Positions 38,876-48,274 of a DNA stretch of 64,000 nucleotides are shown here, piece by piece. This DNA comes from Candidatus Multivoradales bacterium. GTDB lineage: Bacteria > Acidobacteriota > Thermoanaerobaculia > Multivoradales > J023. The position numbers were made by a program, and so were the translations under genes. Positions within the stretch are counted from its first letter, which is position 1, and every line of letters begins with the position of its first letter. The notes under the pieces were generated by a model. It had not been told where the DNA came from, did not search any database, and saw nothing but the letters and a program-made list of their open reading frames with translations. The stretch covers positions 3,872,001 to 3,936,000 of the forward strand of contig CBDFLE010000006.1 in assembly GCA_965248925.1 (NCBI GenBank). The letters run 5' to 3'.

Positions 38876-40479
38876 CTGAATCGAAATCGTGGTCGGTGCG
38901 TTGGCCAGGTGGCCGCAGTTTGCTGCGAGACAGAGCCTAGCAGTTGGTGGATCTCGCCGGCCGCCCGCGCCGCAGAACGGCCGTCGAGAGGGCCATAGAC
39001 CCGCTCGGCGAACCGGTTTGCCCGTTCTTGGATTGGGGCCAATGCCGCCGCCTGGTCGAAGGTGTTCTGAATCGCTGCCCCCAGCTCCTGGATGCTCTGA
39101 ACGTGTTGGCTGGTTCGGGCGTCGATGAAATCTATGTCGTGGAGCTCATCTGCCAGATCGACGGTGACCACCGGTACCTCCATCAGCATGGCTTCGAGAG
39201 CCACCGTCGAGGCGCCGGTGATCAACAGCGGGCAGCCCTGCAACCACTCAAAGATGCTCTTGGGCAGACCTCTGGCGCCGTGGGCGATGACCCGTAGCCG
39301 GCTGGCAGACTGCTCGCTGGCAACCCGCTGGTAGCAGTCCAGCCGGTCCTTACGATGCAGTTTGACAACAAAGGTCACTTTCGCCATTTCGGCACTTAGC
39401 TGGGCCAGGCCGCGCACCAGCTGTAGGTGGTGGCGATGGGAAATGCTATGGCCCGGCCCGGAGGTCGCTACCAACACCCAAGGCTGCTCTTTGCTGAGTC
39501 CGAAGCGTCGGGCTAGCGCGGGGTGGGGAGTGGTAGTGGCTGATCGCCGCTGCCCGAGGCCGGGACAGCCGACGAGGCTTAGCCGCTTGGGCTCAACACC
39601 GAGGTGGATCAAAGTGTCGCGTGCCGCCTCGCCGTAAATCAGGAAACGCCGTACCCGATGGGCGGCATGGGTCGAGCCGGTCACGGTGCCGTGCATCAGG
39701 CTGCAAGTGGGCAGGGATCGGCTTTCCGCCACCCATGCTCCGGCACGCCCTTCTACCGTCAGATCATTGCCGACCACCAGCACTCGCGGGGCGAGATGTT
39801 GGACGATCTCGAGTGCCGCGGCCGCCGATTCGTGGGCCAGGGGCAACATCTTCAAGGCGCGGCGCACGGCGCTGAGCAAACGCTGGCGGGACATCGGGCC
39901 GGCTGGCAGCTCGACTTCGGGGTCCCGAGCCAACTGGGCCAGCTGTTGGTCGGCCAGCTGGCGGGCGGCGAGCAACTCTTCGCTCCAGGCGCCGCGGGTG
40001 AAAACGGTTTCTTCGCCTGCTCGGCGCAAGGCGGCAAAAATTGCCGGCTGGCAAGCGACAAAGAGGCAGTCCGTGCCCTGCCGCCGCAACTCGGTGGCGA
40101 CTGGTAGCAGGTTGACCAGGTGGGTGGGCTCGCGAGGCCACAGCACTACTTCGGCAGGTTGCGGGCGAGCGCTCTGCCAGCGGGCCAAGCGTTCGAGCAT
40201 CGCTCCCGGCCAGCGACGTTGGCGCAGCGCAGCCAGGCCGCGTGATATCGCGCCTTGCGGCGGCCGCGGCGCGGCAGAGCCACGGATCTCGGCTTGCAGC
40301 TCGGTGAAGATGGGGGTCAACAACAGATCCAGACCGCTGCCGCCTGCGACCTCCAGAGCCGTGGTCCAAGCCGAGTCTGCCAACCGGTGGGTGGCCTCGG
40401 TTTGCCAGGCGAAAATCTCTTGGCCGATCACTCGCTGTGCTCCGAGGAAGAGCTTTGGCGCCGCCAGCGGCGCTGCCAT
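38872..40479 (-). CDS. GT-B fold capsule protein (CDP-glycerol phosphotransferase / sialyltransferase-like); candidate nonulosonate transferase
   Basis: MHG, YGE, VGCP, VKLHRKD, STVALEAML..PV and DGRSAARA. Start MAAPLAA at 40479. The substrate is inferred from context. Confidence 0.6.
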   Translation of the reverse strand: MAAPLAAPKLFLGAQRVIGQEIFAWQTEATHRLADSAWTTALEVAGGSGLDLLLTPIFTELQAEIRGSAAPRPPQGAISRGLAALRQRRWPGAMLERLARWQSARPQPAEVVLWPREPTHLVNLLPVATELRRQGTDCLFVACQPAIFAALRRAGEETVFTRGAWSEELLAARQLADQQLAQLARDPEVELPAGPMSRQRLLSAVRRALKMLPLAHESAAAALEIVQHLAPRVLVVGNDLTVEGRAGAWVAESRSLPTCSLMHGTVTGSTHAAHRVRRFLIYGEAARDTLIHLGVEPKRLSLVGCPGLGQRRSATTTPHPALARRFGLSKEQPWVLVATSGPGHSISHRHHLQLVRGLAQLSAEMAKVTFVVKLHRKDRLDCYQRVASEQSASRLRVIAHGARGLPKSIFEWLQGCPLLITGASTVALEAMLMEVPVVTVDLADELHDIDFIDARTSQHVQSIQELGAAIQNTFDQAAALAPIQERANRFAERVYGPLDGRSAARAAGEIHQLLGSVSQQTAATWPTHRPRFRFR

Positions 40480-41924
40480 ATCCCGGCCCCACCGGCTAGC
40501 AGGCGCTGGCGGTCGACAGCCGAAGTCCACAACGTGCCAAGCACCAGCAGCGGAAAAGCCATGGAGATCGCTCCGCCGATCGTCCAACGCTCCAGGTTGG
40601 GTAGGCTGCGGGCGCTGACGGTGGCGATCACCGCCAGGCTGGCCCAAGAGGCCACTCCGAGCAACCGCGGCCAGTCGTAGGCCACCTCGAAACGGCGTTG
40701 CGCTTGCACGTAGATGGTTACCGTCATCGCCAGCGCCGCCAGGGCGGTCGCCAAAGCGGCTCCCAGGGCGCCAAGTCTGGGCACTAGATAGAGAGTAGCG
40801 GCGATTGAAGTCACCAACCCGGCGCTGCCGACCCAGGGGATCGAACGCGCTTCGTCGCCGAGTTCGATGCCGGTGCCGAGCATTTGATAGAGCCCCTGGC
40901 AGAGGGGCACCAGGGCGGCGGCCGGCACGATCCAGGCGGCGCGGTGGTAAGCGACGGGGGTCAGCAGGCGTACTAACTCCGGACCCCAAATACTGAGGCC
41001 AACCCAAAGGCTGGAAACTACCACTAGGTAGTAAGTGACGATCGAGCGAAAGAACGCCTGGGGCGTGTCTTCCTCGCGGAAAATCTTGAATTTATAGGCC
41101 CACCAAGCCTGATTGACGGCGCCGACGACGAAACCCAAGGGCAGGGCGAAGCGTAGCGCTACACTGTAGATTCCGGCCTCGCTGAGACCCAATAGGTGGC
41201 GCACCATTAGCTCGCCGAACACCGCCACCGCGACGATTTGCAGGCGGTAGGGTACAAAGGGCAGGCCGTAGCGCAACAGCTGGCGAGTGCGGGTGATGCT
41301 CGGTCGATGGTGTAGGTAGTCGCGAGCCAAGAGCAGTTGTAGGGGCAGCAGGGCACCGTTGCCGATCAACCGGCCCCAGACTACTCCGGCAGCTCCCAGC
41401 TCGAGTCCGACCACCAAATAGATGGTGATCACCGTGCTGAGGAAGAACAGCCCGAGGTTGAGGCCGGCCACCGTCTTCGCCCGCCGATCGGCCTGCAACA
41501 CCAGCAAGGGAACTCCTCCCACTGTCGCCAACGCCGAAGACACCAGGGACAAGCGCACTAGCGGCAGGTGGCTAGAGTCGCCGATCAGCAGCTCTGCCAG
41601 GGTGGCCGCGCCGTATTCCGCAAGGAGGGTCAAGGCGGCGGTCGAAGCGAGGACCACCCACAGACCAGAGACGAAAGTATGAGCCTTCTCGTCGCCGTCT
41701 GAGTCGAGGCTGAACTGGCGGAAGACGGCACTTTTTAGGCCTAGATAGGCGATCGCCTGAAAGGTCATGCTGAGGACCCCCAGCATCGCCAGCACCCCAT
41801 ACTCTCCGGGTAGCAAGTAGCGGGTGTAGAGGGGGATCAGCAGGAAGCCAATGATCTTGCTCAGCACCGAACCGAGGCCATAGGCCAGCGAGTCGGTCAG
41901 CAACTGAACGAGTTTACGCCACAT
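40428..41924 (-). CDS. wzx: Wzx oligosaccharide flippase
   Basis: LLIPLYTRYL.PGEYG, YGLP, AGIYSVA and LVPRLGALGAALAT, with 12-14 TMs. Confidence 0.88.
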   Translation of the reverse strand: MWRKLVQLLTDSLAYGLGSVLSKIIGFLLIPLYTRYLLPGEYGVLAMLGVLSMTFQAIAYLGLKSAVFRQFSLDSDGDEKAHTFVSGLWVVLASTAALTLLAEYGAATLAELLIGDSSHLPLVRLSLVSSALATVGGVPLLVLQADRRAKTVAGLNLGLFFLSTVITIYLVVGLELGAAGVVWGRLIGNGALLPLQLLLARDYLHHRPSITRTRQLLRYGLPFVPYRLQIVAVAVFGELMVRHLLGLSEAGIYSVALRFALPLGFVVGAVNQAWWAYKFKIFREEDTPQAFFRSIVTYYLVVVSSLWVGLSIWGPELVRLLTPVAYHRAAWIVPAAALVPLCQGLYQMLGTGIELGDEARSIPWVGSAGLVTSIAATLYLVPRLGALGAALATALAALAMTVTIYVQAQRRFEVAYDWPRLLGVASWASLAVIATVSARSLPNLERWTIGGAISMAFPLLVLGTLWTSAVDRQRLLAGGAGIWQRRWRRQSSSSEHSE

Positions 41925-41943
41925 GGGGATCTCGGCCAGGCGC

Positions 41944-42999
41944 TCACCGCAGGCTTGGCAGGCGGTCGACCACCGGGTTCGACTTGCCCGCGCCGAGGGT
42001 GCGACGCAGTTTTGCGAGGAGCTTCGCGCGCAAGCGTTTGAGCAGGTCGCCGGCCGAGAGATGGCTCCACTGTTGGGCTTGCTGACCGCGTTCGAGGGTC
42101 GCTACCAGAGCGATCGGATCGAGGGCAGGGGTTGGCAGGCGGCGCACTTCACCGCGGCGCGCGAAGCCGGCGATCTGATAGCTAGGTTGCAAGATCTCGA
42201 CGATTTGACCATGGCTCGCCGGTTCTGGCGTGGCCTCGATGCGGAACGACTTGAGGCCACAGAGAGCGAACAGGCGGTGCAAAGTCTGTGGCCGGTACAG
42301 GAACGGATGATAGGGATCCATGGCGTCGTAGTACTCACCATTGACGCAGTAGACTGCCAGGATGCCGTCATCTTTGAGAAAATCTCGGGCGCCACTGATC
42401 ACTCCCACCGGGTCGACCAGAGTATCGAGTACATGGCGGAAGAGAATCACGTCATAGCGTTCTTCGTCATCGGCTGGTTGGTGGCCTACGAGGTACTCTT
42501 CCGCGGTACCAGCGATGATTGGCACATCGCCTTGACGGCAGCGCTCGACCGCTTCTGATGAGGGCTCGATGCCGTAGACCTGGCAGCCGAAATCGCGCTT
42601 CAGCCATTCCAAAGAGAAGCCGAAGGCACAGCCTACTTCGAGTACCCGATGCTGTGGACCCAGGGATAGCAGTTGCGCAAGATCACCCGCCACCTGTCGA
42701 TAGGTGCGGCGGTATTTGGGCATTCGCAACTCCAGCTGATCGCGCTCGGGATCGTCATAACCCTCGACCGAGGCAAAGCCAGAGGCATTCATGTTCTGTT
42801 GCCAATAATTGTCGCGATAGAAAATCTGGTAGCTCGCTTCGGTCGGCCTGGGGTTCATGTACTTGAGACCGCAGCGCTTGCACAGTGAATAGGAGAAACC
42901 CACTCCCAGCCACGCAATACCCTTGGCGACGTGCTGCTCTCTCGAGTCGCACAAGATGCAACGGTTGACGTCTTCGAAGTCGAAAAGTGGTTGGGGCAT
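41944..42999 (-). CDS. Class I SAM-dependent methyltransferase with N-terminal zinc-binding motif
   Basis: CILC...CKRCGL..NPRP, VLEVGCAFG, GIEPS and FRHVL. Start MPQPLFD at 42999. Confidence 0.85.
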   Translation of the reverse strand: MPQPLFDFEDVNRCILCDSREQHVAKGIAWLGVGFSYSLCKRCGLKYMNPRPTEASYQIFYRDNYWQQNMNASGFASVEGYDDPERDQLELRMPKYRRTYRQVAGDLAQLLSLGPQHRVLEVGCAFGFSLEWLKRDFGCQVYGIEPSSEAVERCRQGDVPIIAGTAEEYLVGHQPADDEERYDVILFRHVLDTLVDPVGVISGARDFLKDDGILAVYCVNGEYYDAMDPYHPFLYRPQTLHRLFALCGLKSFRIEATPEPASHGQIVEILQPSYQIAGFARRGEVRRLPTPALDPIALVATLERGQQAQQWSHLSAGDLLKRLRAKLLAKLRRTLGAGKSNPVVDRLPSLR

Positions 43000-43012
43000 C
43001 GCGCTGGGGACC

Positions 43013-44314
43013 TCAAAAAACTCTTGCGTGGCGGTGTGGATCGGCGGTACTGCTGAGTTCGGCGGTGAGATCGAGGGTCGCCGTATTGCCGGCGGTGTCG
43101 GCGCCTCCGACGGCCAGTTCGGTAGTTCCTTCGAGCAGTTGAAGTGGCAGCCGCCAGTGGCCGGCGTCGGCGGTCGGAGTGGTATCCAGCCTGAGTACCT
43201 GGCCATCGCTCCTTCGGGCCGCGATCCACGGCTGGGGGCCTTGGAGCGGTGCGGAGGCCGACAGGAGGATGCCAGCTGGATCGCGCCGTGCCGCGAATCG
43301 TAGGGCCCGGCGCTCGCCGCCAGTGAGTTGGCGAATGGCCTCAGCGGCCGCGGCGTTGCACACCTCGATCTCGGGATAGCGGCGAGCTTGTTGATCGATC
43401 TGCTGCATGCCCAGCTTGATCTGCTCGGCCATATTTTTGTAGTCGTGGGTGAAGAATGAAATGTAGCTATCATGGCCAGCACGCGCACGCTGGAACGCGG
43501 CCTCGATCTCCGCAGTTCGGAACCAACCGTTTTCAATCGACAGGCTACGGGCCAACTTCCGATGCTGATCGCCAGGTCGTTGCACCTGATCCGCGCTTGG
43601 CGTGTAGAGAGTCCACTCTGTCGGCGCTCGTGACCAATTGAAGTTGGAGCCCCGCTGAGGTGCCCGGTTGGAGAAATCAAAAGGCATCCAGCGTTCCAAC
43701 CATCTGGAACCAGCAGCGTCTTCCCAAGTGTTGCCCGCACGATAGCAGGAGGGGAAATGGTTTCGTTCGAGGACCAGGCGGGAAAGGACTTCCTCGTACA
43801 GCGGAAAATGGTTCCAATCGCGGTTGCTGCTTTCGACGTTGCCCGGCAGCACATGGTGGTAGTGCCAGTAGATCTGGTCGCCGAGGCCGCGCTTTCCGAA
43901 CTCGTCGACCCAATCGCGGTAGCGGTCATAAACCTGGTGAAAGCCCAAGGCGCGGCCACGGGCGGAGTGCTCAGCGCCGACCCAATGGACCACGAACCAA
44001 CTGAGCACCAGCGGCCGCCCCGCCGAGTCGGCGAAGCGGTGCCGCAACTCGGCGGCTGAACTCTGTTCGACCTCCTGCGCGATCGCTGACCAGTCGCGGT
44101 TCTTGCACCACTGGCAGGGCCCTTCGGTATCGATGTTGACCACCACGAAGAGTCGCCCCGGGGTGTCGCTGGCCGGTTTTCTGCGGGCCTCCCGCTGGCT
44201 TCGCTCAAGGTCGCGCAAGTAGCGCTCATGGCGCCGCTTCCAGGTCCGCCGCTGGTTGCCCCGCCACAGCTGGCCGAGGCGACTGCGCAGGGCTCGTAGG
44301 GGCCGCCGGCTCAT
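43013..44314 (-). CDS. Hypothetical protein, possibly divergent polysaccharide deacetylase (NodB-like barrel)
   Basis: VNIDTEGP, WHYHH, YRAG and FFTHD resemble CE4-like metal motifs. Lies in the operon between neuA and the methyltransferase. Confidence 0.55.
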   Translation of the reverse strand: MSRRPLRALRSRLGQLWRGNQRRTWKRRHERYLRDLERSQREARRKPASDTPGRLFVVVNIDTEGPCQWCKNRDWSAIAQEVEQSSAAELRHRFADSAGRPLVLSWFVVHWVGAEHSARGRALGFHQVYDRYRDWVDEFGKRGLGDQIYWHYHHVLPGNVESSNRDWNHFPLYEEVLSRLVLERNHFPSCYRAGNTWEDAAGSRWLERWMPFDFSNRAPQRGSNFNWSRAPTEWTLYTPSADQVQRPGDQHRKLARSLSIENGWFRTAEIEAAFQRARAGHDSYISFFTHDYKNMAEQIKLGMQQIDQQARRYPEIEVCNAAAAEAIRQLTGGERRALRFAARRDPAGILLSASAPLQGPQPWIAARRSDGQVLRLDTTPTADAGHWRLPLQLLEGTTELAVGGADTAGNTATLDLTAELSSTADPHRHARVF

Positions 44315-45018
44315 GCCGAACTCCGAACCAGATCCGCCAACAGCAGCTCCGCCAGCTTGAGGTCGAAAGCGTCGTTGATGTCGATCGAGCGCTCGCGGGG
44401 CATCAGGTGGGCGCGGCTGTCGGCGCCCAGTAGGTCGCCGGTTTCGATCGTCTGCCGGCGGCTGGCGTAGACCGAGCCATTGCGGATGTAGATCGGCGGC
44501 AGCTGATGCTCGGCCATCCGCCCGGTTTCTTCTTCGAGGTAGGGCCGCAGGCGGTCGCCGTCCAAGGTCTTGAGCTTCAGCGGGTGGATAGCGTGCTCCA
44601 GGCGCTGCACCGTGACTGCTGAATCAGCGCCACTGCGGCAGAGCAACTCGACGGTCCGGTCGATATCTTTGGCCAGGGTCAGGGGGGAGGTCGGCTGGAC
44701 GATAACGACCGCTTCGAAGGGTTCGGCGTCAGCCTCATTCTCCACGGTCTCGAGAGCATGTCGCACATAGTCGATTGCGGGCGAACGGTCCGCGGCCAGC
44801 GTTGGCGGCCTTTCGATCGGCACAACAGAAGCAAACTTGCTGGCGATCTCCAGCACCCGTGGATCGTCCGACGAAACCACCAACTGGTCGATCGTGGTGG
44901 CCTGGCTGGCGGCTTCGATGGCATAGCGGACCAGCGGCTTGCCAGCCAGCAGTCGCAGGTTCTTCGCCGCCAGGCGCTTCGAACCGGCGCGTGCCGGGAC
45001 GATTCCGAGGGTTCTCAT
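44311..45018 (-). CDS. neuA: Acylneuraminate cytidylyltransferase (CMP-nonulosonate synthetase)
   Basis: IVPARAGSKRL..KN, QPTSP, NGSVY and SIDIND. Confidence 0.92.
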   Translation of the reverse strand: MRTLGIVPARAGSKRLAAKNLRLLAGKPLVRYAIEAASQATTIDQLVVSSDDPRVLEIASKFASVVPIERPPTLAADRSPAIDYVRHALETVENEADAEPFEAVVIVQPTSPLTLAKDIDRTVELLCRSGADSAVTVQRLEHAIHPLKLKTLDGDRLRPYLEEETGRMAEHQLPPIYIRNGSVYASRRQTIETGDLLGADSRAHLMPRERSIDINDAFDLKLAELLLADLVRSSA

Positions 45019-45028
45019 CCCGAGTTCC

Positions 45029-45997
45029 TCACGAAGCCGACCTCGCTGGCGGTTGATCGGCGATCCAGCGGGCCAGTTTCTGGGCCATGAAGATCTCGGT
45101 CTTGCGCATCGAGTCGAGAGTGGCGCCGCCGATGTGTGGGGTGATCAGCAGTTTGGAGTTCTCAGCGGCCAAGTCGATCAAGGCTTGCCGGGTCGGGTCC
45201 TCGGCTTGGCGTTCGCCGGGCACCACATCGAGAGCCGCGCCGGCCAGCCGGCCGTCGCGCAGTCCGGCCAGCAGCGCCTGGCCGTCGATCAGGTCGCCAC
45301 GAGCGGTGTTGACCAGCACCGCTCCGGTTGGCAAGAGGGCCAGTTGCTCGGCGCCGATCATGCCCGCAGTAAGCTCGTCGAGAGGGGCGTGTAGGGAGAG
45401 CACGTCGCAGTGGGGAAGCAAGGATTCCAAGCTGGTTCGCAGGCGCACTCCTGGTGGCGCCTCGACCGGCGCCGGATCGTAGGCTTCTACCCGCATACTA
45501 AATGCCAGGCCGTAGCGGGCGACCATCTGGCCCAGGCGGCCCAGGCCGACGATTCCCAAGCGCCTGCCGGCCAACTCCCGACCGCGAAACCGGTCGCGCT
45601 GCCAGCCGCCGGCAGCCACGTGGTTGGCCGCTTGCGGTATCTTGCGCAGCAGGCTCAAGAGCAGCGCCCAGGTGTGCTCGGCGGTGGCGGTTACGGTGCG
45701 CAGAAAGGCGCTTTCGCCGCGCAGCGACAGCACCGCGATACTGGCCGCGGCGGCCGCTTTCAGGTCGATGTGATCGAGGCCGGTAGTGGCGGTGACGATG
45801 GCTAAGAGTTGTCTACCGTGGGCCAAGAGTTCAGCGTCCACCTGCTGCCCCAGGCGGACGATCAGCACCTCGAAAGAGCCGAGCCGAGCGATCAACTGTT
45901 GCCGGTCGAACTCTTCCTCGTGCAGCTCGGCCACGCTGCGCAGGATCTGCCGAGCTTGCTCCGAGTAGCCTGCCGGCTCAGCATTGAGAATCCGCAT
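45029..45997 (-). CDS. D-isomer-specific 2-hydroxyacid dehydrogenase (SerA-like, no ACT domain)
   Basis: TGLDHID, GIVGLGRLG, LVNTARG, GAALDV and TPHIGG. Confidence 0.9.
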   Translation of the reverse strand: MRILNAEPAGYSEQARQILRSVAELHEEEFDRQQLIARLGSFEVLIVRLGQQVDAELLAHGRQLLAIVTATTGLDHIDLKAAAAASIAVLSLRGESAFLRTVTATAEHTWALLLSLLRKIPQAANHVAAGGWQRDRFRGRELAGRRLGIVGLGRLGQMVARYGLAFSMRVEAYDPAPVEAPPGVRLRTSLESLLPHCDVLSLHAPLDELTAGMIGAEQLALLPTGAVLVNTARGDLIDGQALLAGLRDGRLAGAALDVVPGERQAEDPTRQALIDLAAENSKLLITPHIGGATLDSMRKTEIFMAQKLARWIADQPPARSAS

Positions 45998-46006
45998 CAG
46001 CAATAC

Positions 46007-47161
46007 TCAGAAGGTCAGACGCTTGTGGGTTTCGAGCGCGCATTCGGCCAGCGCAGAGGCGATGCGGCGGCCGCCGGAGCCATCGCCATAGAGCGGGTCC
46101 GAGGCTGGTCTGGGATTGCTTAGTTGTTGCTGGATCGCGGTCTCGATAGCCTCAGCGTTGTAGTCCACGTCGAGCACGTTGGGACCACGCTCGCGGCCCT
46201 GCTGGCGACTGCCGATGTTGATCGCCGGAATGCCCAAGAACGAGGCTTCGCGGATCGCCACGCTGGAATTCCCCACCAGGCAGCGACAGCCGTGGATCAG
46301 CCGCAGGAAATCGATCGGTGTCATGTTTTTGAAAAAATGCAGTGGCGCTGCCGGAAGCAACTCGCGATAGGCCCGCAAGCCCTCCGAGGTGCCGTCTGAG
46401 CCGGCGTCGACATTGGGCCAGAACCACAGGGCTGGTAGGGCGATCCGCTCTATGGCGCGCAGGGTCTGCTCGACATGTTGCCGCGCTTGCTGATGCTCGT
46501 CGGTCACCGGGTGTTGCATCACCACCAGGTAGCCCGCCGTCAGGTCGGGTCGTGGGCCGACACCGCCGTATTTCTGATAGGGATCGAAATCGAGTCCCGG
46601 ATGCTGGAGCACTTCGGTGGCCAGGTCGATCGACGGGCAGCCGGTGACGTGGATCGACTCCCGGCGCTCGCCCATGCGTTCCACTCGCTCGGCGGCCTTG
46701 GCGGTCGAGACCAAGTGGATATTGGCTAGTTTAGTCACTGCGTGGCGCACCTTCTCGTCGATCGAGCCGGTGACCTCGCCACCTTGGACGTGGGCCAGGG
46801 GTAGATTCATGAAGGAGGCGGCGATGGCGGTGGCGATGGTTTCGTAGCGGTCGGCGATGGTCACCACCACGTCGGGTCGCAGATTGTCGAAGACGGTGGC
46901 CAGTTCCACCAAGCCTAGGCCGGTGGATTTGGCCGAGGTCACCAGGTTCTCGCCTTCGAGGATCATGAACACTCGGGCGGCGATCTCAAAGCCGTCCCGC
47001 TCGATCACCTGCACCGCGTTGCCGTAGCGATCAAGCAAGGCCGAGGCCGCCACCACCAGCTGCAGCTCAAGCTCGGGGTGCGAGCGTATTGCCTGGAGTG
47101 CCGTCTTGATCCGCGAATAGCTTGGCCGGGCGGTGACCACCACGCATACCTTGCGCATCAA
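46007..47161 (-). CDS. neuC: UDP-N-acetylglucosamine 2-epimerase (hydrolysing)
   Basis: TARPSY, DRYE, HVQGGEVTGSIDE.VRHA, GNSS and RQQGRE. Confidence 0.93.
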   Translation of the reverse strand: MMRKVCVVVTARPSYSRIKTALQAIRSHPELELQLVVAASALLDRYGNAVQVIERDGFEIAARVFMILEGENLVTSAKSTGLGLVELATVFDNLRPDVVVTIADRYETIATAIAASFMNLPLAHVQGGEVTGSIDEKVRHAVTKLANIHLVSTAKAAERVERMGERRESIHVTGCPSIDLATEVLQHPGLDFDPYQKYGGVGPRPDLTAGYLVVMQHPVTDEHQQARQHVEQTLRAIERIALPALWFWPNVDAGSDGTSEGLRAYRELLPAAPLHFFKNMTPIDFLRLIHGCRCLVGNSSVAIREASFLGIPAINIGSRQQGRERGPNVLDVDYNAEAIETAIQQQLSNPRPASDPLYGDGSGGRRIASALAECALETHKRLTF

Positions 47162-48240
47162 GCTGGCTCCAATGCGGGTTCGAGGGCTGGTTCTAGGTCG
47201 TCGGCGGCCAGCAGCTGGTCATGGCTGAGGGGCCGCAGCAGGCGTCGGCCGAGAACCTCTTCGAGGCGCTCGGCGGGGAGTCCGTTGCCGGGCTTCTTGG
47301 CTGCCAGATGAGTAGCTTCGAGCACTGTTCCGGCTGCCAGGTCGCCGCGAGCCACCAGGCTCTTGGTGAACAGACGCCGCATTTCGCCCAGGGCGGCGGC
47401 TGTTTGATCTTTGTCGAGAGGATGGTTGCGGGCTGCTTCGATAAAACGAATGCCGTCGACCAACTGGCGCAGTTCGGCGGTGGTGACCGAAGCCGCGACA
47501 TCGGGACCGAACATTTCGCGACTCAAGGTGACGTGCAACTCAAGGATCTCACAGCCCAAAGCGGCGGCGGCGAGGCCGGGATAGATGGTGCCGGAATGAT
47601 CTGACAAGCCGGCCGGGCAGTCGTAGCGTTGGCGCGTCTCGCCGATCAGGTTGAGTCCTACTTTCTCCGCCGGACACGGGTAGGCCGAGGTGCATTGCAG
47701 GACGGCCAGCGGCGCGCCGGCCGCGCGCACAATTGCGGCTGCCGCATCGAGTTCGCTCCACGGGCTCATGCCTGAGGAGAGGATGACCGGCTTGCCGGTG
47801 GCGGCCATTTTCTCTAGCAAAGGGCGACTGGCGACTTCGCCGCTGGCCACTTTCCAGGCGGCAATGTCGAGCTCGCTGAGCAACTCGACGGCAGCGTCTG
47901 AGAATGGCGAGCTGAGGAAGATTAGGCCGAGATCCTCTGCGTGGTTCTTCAGCTCCCGCCATTGGTCGGCGCTGAATTCCATTCGCCGCCAATAGGCGTA
48001 GCGGCTTGCGTCCTGAGTGCTGAAACGCACTCTCCAAGGCTCCGACGGAGTGCTTTCGGCTGCCGCGATGTGGGTCTGCAGTTTTACCGCATCGGCGCCA
48101 GCTCTAGCAATGGCGGCGATGAAGGCGTGAGCCTGGCCGAGGCTTCCGTCGTGCGTTTGGGCGATCTCGGCGATCACCAAGCAGGGCAGGTCGGTGCCAA
48201 TCGAGCGGTTGGCGAGTTTGAATTCGGTGCAAGTCTGCAT
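47158..48240 (-). CDS. neuB: N-acetylneuraminate/nonulosonate synthase
   Basis: IAEIAQTHDGS, GADAVKLQ, KVASGE, QCTSAYP, GLSDHS and a C-terminal SAF domain (KKPGNGL). Start MQTCTEF at 48240. Confidence 0.93.
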   Translation of the reverse strand: MQTCTEFKLANRSIGTDLPCLVIAEIAQTHDGSLGQAHAFIAAIARAGADAVKLQTHIAAAESTPSEPWRVRFSTQDASRYAYWRRMEFSADQWRELKNHAEDLGLIFLSSPFSDAAVELLSELDIAAWKVASGEVASRPLLEKMAATGKPVILSSGMSPWSELDAAAAIVRAAGAPLAVLQCTSAYPCPAEKVGLNLIGETRQRYDCPAGLSDHSGTIYPGLAAAALGCEILELHVTLSREMFGPDVAASVTTAELRQLVDGIRFIEAARNHPLDKDQTAAALGEMRRLFTKSLVARGDLAAGTVLEATHLAAKKPGNGLPAERLEEVLGRRLLRPLSHDQLLAADDLEPALEPALEPA

Positions 48241-48274
48241 GGTGGTTGGGATCTCGAGCGGTCCGAGCTGGGGG

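Noticed and set aside
42999-44229. 761-aa ORF 41944..44229 as one long protein (also the long N-terminal extensions of 9000..10385, 38872..41007, 47158..48552, 57990..58832 and 58673..59878)
   Set aside because: The extensions overlap other real genes in another frame and read as GC-rich shadow sequence. Family motifs begin only at the downstream starts used above.
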